This document shows, in pieces, positions 29,301 to 41,300 of a stretch of DNA of 64,000 nucleotides (position 1 is its first letter; the number at the start of each line of letters is the position of its first letter). Source of the stretch: Antedon mediterranea (taxonomy: Eukaryota > Animalia > Echinodermata); assembly GCF_964355755.1 (NCBI RefSeq), contig NC_092672.1, positions 21,341,237 through 21,405,236 of the forward strand, written 5' to 3'. The translations under genes were made by a program, and so were the position numbers. The notes under the pieces are model-generated. The model searched no databases. It had not been told where the DNA came from and saw only the letters and a list, made by a program, of their open reading frames with translations.

Positions 29301-32300
29301 GTGTCGGAATCCCTAACGCTGGGCAGTTGAGTTCCGGTGCCGGAATCCTAACCACGGCGTTGTTTATTCGGCCTACCTGATTATAATATTATTATTAATA
29401 GGCTTATTGATGGAAATTCTTCTGTTAATTTAAACGACCTAGGCCTAAGTGAATATTTTATTGCCAAGGAATCATTAATTAGTAATTATCTGTATATTAT
29501 TCTTCGCAAGGTAAGGTGTCTAGGCAGGCTTGTTTTAAATACAATACAAATACTATAGGAGGCCTAGCCTAGCTTCACCCAACCCAGCAGACTTGTTCTT
29601 GGCTAGGCCTATATAATATAACAGATATTGCCTTTTATATCGGTTAAATATAAGATTTGACATCCCCGAGGGAATGATATTAAGTTCGAGGGAATATATA
29701 TTTCCCGAAGCGCCAGCTTCGGGAAATATATATTCCCTCGAACTTAATATCATTCCCTCGGGGATGTCAAATCTTATATTTAACCTCTAAGCAGTCAATA
29801 TCTGTATAATAAGAACTACTCTTTTAACCTTTTCTCTTTTTCCATCCCACAAAAAGTCAAAAATTATGTTATCAACACGTTTTAGAACACTTTCAGGCGT
29901 GTCTATAATACTTGCAACATAAACAGTGTTTAGTCTCGGCAGCCGGTCAACTGTATAGAATGATCACGTCGTTAAAGTTTTAATTACTTAGGCACCTATT
30001 AGTGGGGAACCTAATGTAATTCCGTGAGATTTTAATGCTCAAGTTGAGTTCTTGGCAGTTTTGGAATCCTTGGGACCAGCAGAATTCATTGCAACAGGGG
30101 GCCAATTAATGTATCGTTACATGTACTTTACTATTTCAATCGACTATCTATGACAGTGACAGTTTTAACAAAGTATTAAAACGCAAATGTTTTACTATAT
30201 TTATATTTCGTTACTGACGTGGATAAAGAATACATTTAAAAATTGTTCCTCTTTGTACCTATCCTCTTTCCCATCCCTCAACCCTAATTGGGTTTCTTTA
30301 AATGAATAAACAATTACAATAAACTAATTCACACACCACACATTATTTGTCATCCTTCAGGGCAGGATTGTATGATTCCACTGTACATAGCCGTATACCT
30401 GCCCTGACGTATGACAAATAATATATTTATTATTTGTCAGCCGTCAAGGCAGGTATACGGCTATGTACAGTGGAATCATACAATACCTGCCCTGAAGGAT
30501 GAAAAATAATAAATGTCTTATTTGTCATACGTCGGACAGGTATATGGCTATGTACAGTGGAATCACAACCTGCCCTGAAGGATGACAAATGCTATATATA
30601 TTATTTGTCATACGTCAGGGCAGGTATACGGCTATGTACCGTGGAATCATACAATACCTGCCCTGAAGGATGACAAATAATATATTTATTATTTGTCATA
30701 CGTCAGGGCAGGTATACGGCTATGTACAGTGGAATCATACAATCCTGCCCTGAAGGATGACAAATAATATATTTATTATTTGTCATACGTCAGGGCAGGT
30801 ATACGGCTATGTACAGTGGAATCATACAATACCTGCCCTGAAGGATGACAAATAATAAATGTCTTATTTGTCAGCCGTCAGGGCAGGTATACGGCTATGT
30901 ACAGTAGAATCATACAATACCTGCCCTGAAGGATGACAAATAATATATTTATTATTTGTCATCCGTCAGGGCAGGTATACGGCTATGTACAGTGGAATCA
31001 TACAATACCTGCCCTGAAGGATGACAAATAATATTTATTATTTGTCAGCCGTCAGGGCAGGTATACGGCTATGTACAGTGGAATCATACAATACCTGCCC
31101 TGAAGGATGACAAATAATATATTTATTATTTGTCAGCCGTCAGGGCAGGTATACGGCTATGTACAGTGGAATCATACAATACCTGCCCTGAAGGATGACA
31201 AATAATAAATGTCTTATTTGTCATACGTCAGGGCAGGTATACGGCTATGTACAGTGGAATCATACAATACCTGCCCTGAAGGATGACAAATAATATATTT
31301 ATTATTTGTCAGCCGTCAGGGCAGGTATACGGCTATGTACAGTGGAATCATACAATACCTGCCCTGAAGGATGACAAATAATAAATGTCTTATTATGTCA
31401 GCCGTCAGGGCAGGTATACGGCTATGTACAGTGGAATCATACAATACCTGCCCTGAAGGATGACAAATAAATAATATATTTATTATTTGTCATCCGTCAG
31501 GGCAGGTATACGGCTATGTACAGTGGAATCATACAATACCTGCCCTGAAGGATGACAAATAATATATTTATTATTTGTCAGCCGTCAGGGCAGGTATACG
31601 GCTATGTACAGTGTGGAATCATACAATACCTGCCCTGAAGGATGACAAATAATATATTTATTATTTGTCATCCGTCAGGGCAGGTATACGGCTATGTACA
31701 GTGGAATCATACAATACCTGCCCTGAAGGATGACAAATAATATTTATTATTTGTCAGCCGTCAGGGCAGGTATACGGCTATGTACAGTGGAATCATACAA
31801 TACCTGCCCTGAAGGATGACAAATAATATATTTATTATTTGTCAGCCGTCAGGGCAGGTATACGGCTATGTACAGTGGAATCATACAATACCTGCCCTGA
31901 AGGATGACAAATAATAAATTTCTTATTTGTCATACGTCAGGGCAGGTATACGGCTATGTACAGTGGAATCATACAATACCTGCCCTGAAGGATGACAAAT
32001 AATATATTTATTTTTTGTCAGCCGTCAGGGCAGGTATACGGCTATGTACAGTGGAATCATACAATACCTGCCCTGAAGGATGACAAATAATAAATGTCTT
32101 ATTTGTCAGCCGTCAGGGCAGGTATACGGCTATGTACAGTGGAATCATACAATACCTGCCCTGAAGGATGACAAATAAATAATATATTTATTATTTGTCA
32201 TCCGTCAGGGCAGGTATACGGCTATATACAGTGGAATCATACAATACCTGCCCTGAAGGATGACAAATAATATATTTATTATTTGTCATCCGTCAGGGCA

Positions 32301-35300
32301 GGTATACGGCTTGTACAGTGGAATCATACAATACCTGCCCTGAAGGATGACAAATAATATTTATTATTTGTCAGCCGTCAGGGCAGGTATACGGCTATGT
32401 ACAGTGGAATCATACAATACCTGCCCTGAAGGATGACAAATAATATATTTATTATTTGTCAGCCGTCAGGGCAGGTATACGGCTATATACAGTGGAATCA
32501 TACAATACCTGCCCTGAAGGATGACAAATAATAAATGTCTTATTTGTCATACGTCAGGGCAGGTATACGGCTATGTACAGTGGAATCATACAATACCTGC
32601 CCTGAAGGATGACAAATAATATATTTATTATTTGTCAGCCGTCAGGGCAGGTATACGGCTATGTACAGTGGAATCATACAATACCTGCCCTGAAGGATGA
32701 CAAATAATAAATGTCTTATTTGTCAGCCGTCAGGGCAGGTATACGGCTATGTACAGTGGAATCATACAATACCTGCCCTGAAGGATGACAAATAAATAAT
32801 ATATTTATTATTTGTCATCCGTCAGGGCAGGTATACGGCTATATACAGTGGAATCATACAATACCTGCCCTGAAGGATGACAAATAATATATTTATTATT
32901 TGTCATCCGTCAGGGCAGGTATACGGCTTGTACAGTGGAATCATACAATACCTGCCCTGAAAGATGACAAATAATAAATGTCTTATTTGTCATCCGTCAG
33001 GGCAGGTATACGGCTATGTACAGTGGAATCATACAATACCTGCCCTGAAAGATGACAAATAATATATTTATTATTTGTCATACGTCAGGGCAGGTATACG
33101 GCTATAGTGGCATCATACAATCCTGCCCTGAAGGATGACAAATAATATATTCATTATTTGTCATACGTCAGGGCAGGTACGGCTATACAGTGGATTCCGG
33201 AATAGTTTAGTAGGCATGATTAGTTCGTTTACGATGATTCTCCTTTTTCCTACAGCATAAACATAACCCGATCATACTATCTTTTTCAACTGCTGCAAAT
33301 GTTTGGTACACTTTCATTTCATGTGTATTATAGCATATATAGCTGTGGGATGGTATGAGAAAGCGATATATATTATTTAAGTAATACGGTATAAAATAGC
33401 GATGTGAGAGTAATATACTACATGGCCGGACCGCAAATAAAATACGATATATATTATGATGACGTAGTAGATATCTACACATGCGTAGAAGAACTCCTGG
33501 ATTGGAGTAGGGAGATTTAGATCCTTCCAATCCAAAATGGTTGTAAAAATCCAAAATGGCTGCCAATTTGATGTAAATTGTATTTATAATGCCTATCAAT
33601 TTTCCTTTCTAAACTGTTTATTCTATTTGTTTACACATTTAAGTTTACAAGACACCGTCCATATAACTTATTAGATGTAATTGTACAGTATATAGCAATG
33701 ATTGTATTTATTAATTGAAGGTCATGAAGATGTACAAGAAAATGTTTGATAAAATGGAAGGAATGCCATATGCTCACCATGTAGATCGTGAAATGTACAT
33801 GGTTGATAACACCATGAAATCACATGAAGGTATTACAAAACTTAGGCGAAACGTTGGTAGATACATGAAGGAAATGGTGAGAGAAGTTCCAGTAAAGTGG
33901 GTTAATTTACAAGAACGTTTGCAAAGAATTGGTGAAACAGAATTGTGTGTTACATTTGAAGAGGTAAAGTTTTGATTGTTATTCCAATGTAATTGAATAA
34001 TATTATTAGGCTATCGCTCTCTGTAGAGCAATAGCCTATTGTTATTGTCAAAAACTTCATTTTTTCTGCTCATTTTTTGTGTCAGGCAGATCTCGAAAGT
34101 TATGTTGACCAGCAGATGCACGTATATATGTAACGTAGCGTAACTACACGCAATTTTCTGAAATTCTTAAATTGACTATAAATTCAAAACTAACAGCCTT
34201 TTTCAAATGAAACTTGGACACACGGATGCTTCATGTCAAGGGTCATCTTCCTGTATCATCAGCAACATTTTGAACATTGATATTTTCACGCGTTTGCGCG
34301 CTTTGAAAGATAAAAATGCTCAAAATCAATTTCTAATCAAATGTTTCAGGACATTTTAAGCATTTCACATTTTTCAAAAAATTTCAGCTTAGACAGACCA
34401 ACTGATAGTTGGCGAAACGTCAGGTAAATAAAATAATCGTTATTTACTATTATATTTTATTTGGAATACCAACCGAATGAATCTTTTTAATGAGTTAGAC
34501 AGACCGTTTTTGCACTTGGTTGTTGTTCTGTATACCTTTTGTGATAAGTTCCTTTAATTTTTGATGAATTATGAATGTAAAATAATGACACACATGCGCG
34601 TCAAACTTTAAAAATCGTGCGCTTGAAAATGGTTAATTTTATGCAAATTTGTTTAAAAATATGCCTATTTTGAATCAGTTATAGCTCTCCAGGATGGCTG
34701 GTGACCCCCCTATTTCTTTCACTAATTGTAAAGGGTAATGAGTTGTATATGAATTCATGTGAAATTTAGACCGTAAGTATGTTATGACATCATCATATGT
34801 CCATCTGAATTTTAAAAATTGGATTTTCATCTCTTTCATCAGTTTGTCACATTCAATAGAGCGCATATCGCGTAAACGTTATCAATTTTCTTCCAATTTT
34901 CAATAATATTATTTTTCCTTCAGACATATTTATTTTTAATTTGAAAATTTCATCATATTCAAACAATTAAATAAACGTGGGTGGTGTAAAATAAAAACTA
35001 ACCGTCAACAAACCGTATACAATGCCAATAAAGTCAACTGCTTGTTGAACGATTTTGATCGATGCTATGCTGTTTGTACAATCGTTGTGGTGCAGCTTAC
35101 TGTAGACTAAACCTAATAAATAGCATCTGTATGTTACGATGCGTTGCGTGATAGCCTAACTTGTCACCGTGACGAGTTCAAATCTAGTTATTTTATTGTT
35201 ACTTTGTTTACCTACTGTACAGTACACTAGCAATATTTATAGCCATAACAGTACTGGGATATAAATGTGCTAAAATCTATACAGAGCTTATATTTTCGTA

Positions 35301-38300
35301 AATAAATAGAATTCTATTTGTGAACACTATACAGAACAATATACAATACTAGAATGGTATACATGCGATTGTTACCGGACAATATACAATACTAGAATGG
35401 GTATACATGCGATTGTTACCTGACAATATACAATACTACAATGGGTATACATGCGATTGTTACCTGACAATATACAATACTAGAATGGGTATACATGCGA
35501 TTGTTACCTGACAATATACAATACTAGAATGGGTATACATGCGATTGTTACCTGACAATATACAATACTAGAATGGGTATACATGCGATTGTTACCTGAC
35601 AATATACAATACTACAATGGGTATACATGCGATTGTTACCTGACAATATACAATACTAGAATGGGTATACATGCGATTGTTACCTGACAATATACAATAC
35701 TAGAATGGGTATACATGCGATTGTTACCTGACAATATACAATACTAGAATGGGTATACATGCGATTGTTACCTGACAATATACAATACTAGAATGGGTAT
35801 ACATGCGATTGTTACCTGACAATATACAATACTAGAATGGGTATACATGCGATTGTTACCTGACAATATACAATACTAGAATGGGTATACATGCGATTGT
35901 TACCTGACAATATACAATACTAGATAGAATGGGTATACATGCGATTGTTACCTGACAATATACAATACTAGAATGGGTATACATGCGATTGTTACCTGAC
36001 AATATACAATACTAGAATGGGTATACATGCGATTGTTACCTGTTTTGCTGAAATTAAACACAACAAGGTTTTCTTGTCCTGGCCTATCATTGAATTTTCC
36101 ATTATATTTTCTAAAGTTCTACGCTAAGTTATTTTTTTATTTAAATTTAATTCTTTATTAGGTTTCCGGGATTGGCACTGAATGTGGAATATCCAAAGAG
36201 AGGCTCGCCATTGCCATAGAGTATATGAATGACATAGGGATCATTTTATATTCAAGTACTAACAAAAAACTGAAAAACACTGTGATAACAGATCTTAAAA
36301 TGATGATTCAAATGGTGACAAAAGTGATCACGGTAGTTAAACCGTCTATTAAAGTGGTAGGTAGATAATGTATTTTATTATGATATTAAATTGTCAAAAA
36401 TGTGGATGTATAGGTGATGTTAATAATCTGTTCTTAGTAACTTGATGTGAAACAGTATAATTGTATTGATCATGTGACTGTACTATGTAAAGTAAGAATA
36501 AACTGTTTTTTTTTAAATATAGAAGCAAATCAGTGTGCTGTGGAAAAGGCTTGATGAGGAAGGAATACTGGAGGAAAGACTGCTACGGTATTTATGGAAA
36601 CAGGAATTAAAGGAAGATCCACATCGCTTTGAAATCTTTACTGAAGTGATGAAGACATTTGGTTTGCTCTTTGAGAAATCAGAGGTAAGTTAAACATCTT
36701 ATTTTAGATTGGCTATTACTTAAATTAGCTTAAATGTTATACTTATATTTACAACACTTTGCTTACATCCGCAGGTACCTGAAAGTAACCGGGTATTCTT
36801 GGTTCCATCTCGGATGCAAACTAAGAAAGAGAGTCTTGAAGTTAAAATGGACGAGGAAAATATGGTATCGATCTATCTTACACCTACGGACTTTCTTCCC
36901 AATGCTGTATACAATACATTGGTTGTTGCATTTCTGGACTTGATGGAGGTCAAAGGTAGACCTGGTGAACCAGTTGTGTTTCAAAATTGCAGTGAATTTG
37001 ACTTTAAGGATCATGGGGTTAATTTAGGCACAGTGAAAATTGAAAACCGACATGCATTAAAGGTACAGAAATTATTTATGTATTTAGTTTCAAAGAAATA
37101 TATTAGAACAGAAAATCAAACATAACATTTTGAACTAATTTTGCCACTTTTACTGAATTAAAATGTTTATGAATGAATGTTGAACATGAACCTACAAAAG
37201 GTAATTGTAATAATCCAATGAAACCTTTCTGCATTTATTAACTTTTTTTAGTAAACTTTTCTTATCAGCTGGAAATATCTCATCTAATTAAAGTTGATGG
37301 CAATACTACAGGCCCAAAAAATGAACCACATCGAAGCTTCTGCATAGAGGTAAGGATAATATGTGTTAACATTTTCAACAAAACAGTACTAGAATGTAAT
37401 GAAAGAATATTTTTAACTTAAGTTCTTCATTTTGTTGTAGGTGTTAGGATATTTGAAGCATCAACTACAAAATGTGCTTGTCACAAGTGAAACAGTTGGC
37501 TACAATCTATGTGTGTTGTGTACTGCTTGTAATCCAGCAGAGAAGCCTCATTTACATGGTCTTAAACGATGCTTGGAACAAGATTTCGATGGTGTTAAAT
37601 GTGGCGATAAGCTCATGGATACAACTCGTTTAAAGAACCTATTTTCGGAAGGTAATTGAAATTTTGAATTATCATCAACATTTTCTTCAATAGCAACATT
37701 ATTAGTTTGTTTTAATGACATAGGAACATGTGTGTGTTTGTTTGTTTTTTTTCATACCACATCAATACAATATACAAAGATGTGTCTAGAAATATCTGCA
37801 AAGGCCCTTTGAATAATAGATAACATTTATTCTTATTATTTACAACCTAATGAAAATCAGTTGACTAATTGGCATTTGGGGTTTTTAACATTTTTTAAAA
37901 AATAAAACAGATTTAGGCTAATTAGCTAAACATTTATCCCAAATAACTTGAGGCGTCATGTAAATCTATTGTTTTCCCTGCAGAAATCATTCTTCTCACA
38001 ATAAGGATTTATCTATCTGCAGTATTTATTCTGGAAGGCCTGCATAACTTTAAAATAAATATTTAATTTAATAATTTCTTTTTCACGAATACATGTACTG
38101 ATAGATATCATTTGTTTGCATAGATACACCAGATGCTACTACTACTCCTCTGGCTATAAGCTCATTATTACCATCAGGTCAGTTGATTGATACACCAGAT
38201 GCTACTACTACTACTCCTGTGGCTATAAGCTCATCATTACCATCAGGTCAGTTGATTGATACACCAGATGATACTACTACTCCTCTGGCTAGCTCATCAT

Positions 38301-41300
38301 TACCATCAGGTCAGTTGATTGATACACCAGATGATACTACTACTCCTCTGGCTATAAGCTCATTATTACCATCAGGTCAGTTGATTGATACACCAGATGC
38401 TACTACTACTCCTCTGGCTATAAGCTCATCATTACCATCAGGTCAGTTGATTGATACACCAGATGATACTACTACTCCTCTGGCTATAAGCTCATCATTA
38501 CCATCAGGTCAGTTGATTGATACACCAGATGCTACTACTACTCCTCTGGCTATAAGCTCATCATTACCATCGGGTGTCACGAAACCTAAGACCCCCTAGG
38601 ACCTAAGATCACGAAAGCTAAGACCCAAGACCTAAGATTACAAATATTTGTCTTTCGCACCTGCCTTGTATTTTAACTCCCCAACATTTATTCTGAATAC
38701 CACACCTTAGAATTGGCACTTTCATGAAAAAGAATCACATAAAAAGTAACAAATATTTTACAGACGTTTTTTTCGCACACAAAATGACTAGCCTACAGTA
38801 CAATGTTTTTCAAAAGCATTTTCTCACCTTAGCTGGTACTAATTACATATGAGCAATTTGTTATTTCTACATTTAGCTATTACCATTTCTACATTTAGCT
38901 AATATTTTCTACATTAGTGGTTGTAACACTACCCTATCCAAGGATCTCTAATGATAATCAACTAACCTGTCCGTAATGAGCTTGTAGCCAGAGGAGTAGT
39001 AGTTAGTGTATCTATACAAAATAAAAGATATACATAGTCATAATAACAAAAACAGTATCACAATATTCAATACACATTTAAAAGTTAGTTTTTATTAAAT
39101 AAACTATTCTGTTAACAACACTAGGATGCACTGTTTTATGCAATTCAAATTAGACCTTATTCATGTATTTTGAAATCATGAGATTTGTCTGAAACCACCA
39201 TCTGACATTTTCCTTATCAAAAATTGTTTAAAATACTAACATTTTCCAAACTTTACATATCAAGTACCATATAACATATTTTTAACGGGTGTCACAAAAC
39301 CTAAGACCACGAAAGCTAAGACCCCCTAAGACCTAAGATCACGAAAGCTAAGACCCAAGACCTAAGATTACAAATATTTATCTTTCGCACCTGCCTTGTA
39401 TTTTAACTCCCAACATTTATTCTGAATACCACACCTTAGAATTGGCACTTTTATGAAAAAGAATCACATAAAAAGTAACAAATAAAATTTTAAATTGATG
39501 ATTTTACAGACGTTTTTCTCGCACACAAACTGTTTGCGAATTTCGCATGATTAGCCTACAGTACAGTAGGTCTACCGCTGTTCAATGTTTTTGTTTCTAT
39601 GGAACGTCAAAAGAGCAAAAATTATATAGAGGGCTGAAAACTCTGTGGAGTCCATCTACAGATGGAACAATGTAAAATTAAAATTGTAATGATAATAGTA
39701 TAATCATGCAAGTACGAAGAAATAAATACTGGCAAATAAATTTTAATTTAAAAATCATGATAATAAGTTTTTTTGTTTCGTTTTCTTTCTGTTTTATACT
39801 TGTACTATTATTGTTGCTCTTTTGGCGCTTCATAGAAACAAAAACATTGAGCATGGGGGGGAGCTCGAGGAGTTACAGGTAGAGATATTGTCGTGAAATG
39901 GTTTCCCGATTAATCGTACGATCAAAACGGTACTGGGTATGATCAACTAGCGTTCGTGTTCCCACCTAATCATCCATTCATAGAAGTACTGATGAAGATA
40001 TCAATCTGTGGCGACAATAGAATGGACCCGAGACCTGGCTATCTTCGACTTTTAAATAATAGAAAGTTTAGAAAAATGTTTTTGTTAGACTAGAAATGTA
40101 CGTTGTATGTATATAGAAAAATGGTTGTAGTTTTCAAAATTACGTTGTATAAGTACACAATTTGACACCGCGCACATTGTATACGCTAGCATTTCATTCT
40201 AATACGCTCACGCACTTTATCGAACATACAGTACTTTTAAACCAAACCAAAACCGTACAACGACAAGACATTCATCGATTCAGTTCAAAACCATTCAAAT
40301 AAATATTCTAATTATTTAATTTAATAATTTCTTTTTCACGAATACATGTACTGATAGATATCTTTTGTTTGCATAGATACACCAGATGCTACTACTACTC
40401 CTCTGGCTATAAGCTCATCATTACCATCAGGTCAGTTGATTGATACACCAGATGATACTACTACTCCTCTGGCTATAAGCTCATCATTACCATCAGGTCA
40501 GTTGATTGATACACCAGATGCTACTACTACTCCTGTGGCTATAAGCTCATCATTACCATCAGGTCAGTTGATTGATACACCAGATGATACTACTACTCCT
40601 CTGGCTATAAGCTCATCATTACCATCAGGTCAGTTGATTGATACACCAGATGATACTACTACTCCTCTGGCTTTAAAGTGGAGCTCCACCCAGAAAATTA
40701 CTATTTTTCATACATTTCAACTATTATTTAAAAATATCATCCCTTATACTTCATATTTTTTTGAATTTTTTTTCAATGAGTACGATTTTCTTGAAAATCA
40801 CGCCTTTTTGCGTTTTGGGGGGATACCTTGTAATTTCCTATTCTTTTACATGCAAAAGGGGGGTATATTTGAATAATCCTAAAAAATTCATTTCTTCACC
40901 AAAAAAAAAATGTAAAATGTATATTTATGTAATTTTTCCAGATCTTTCTATTTCTGGTATTTTTATCACGTATACATTGCGCAATTTTGCGTAAATAGAC
41001 ACTTTCCCCCGTTCGGGTCCAATTGGGTTTTTTATTTTGCTAGGGAGTACGATCACGTGACATTTTTCACAATCACACTACTGCAGCTGCTGGCGATCTG
41101 TTATTTTGTCGCGATGTTGTTTTTGACGGGCGAAAAGTATATTAAAACATTCTGAATGTGACCCTATTATGTTTCACAGTGTAATAATGTGATTATGAGA
41201 CTATTACTAAAATGTCAAATTTAACGAGATTTGAGAAAGATGTGGCTATATATTCAATAAAGCTAGGCCTAGGCCTACTAGAGTGTAGCTATGTACCGAT

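Noticed and set aside
30341-33195. CRISPR array
   Set aside because: The intervening sequences are identical rather than unique spacers, there are no cas genes, and the context is a eukaryotic intron
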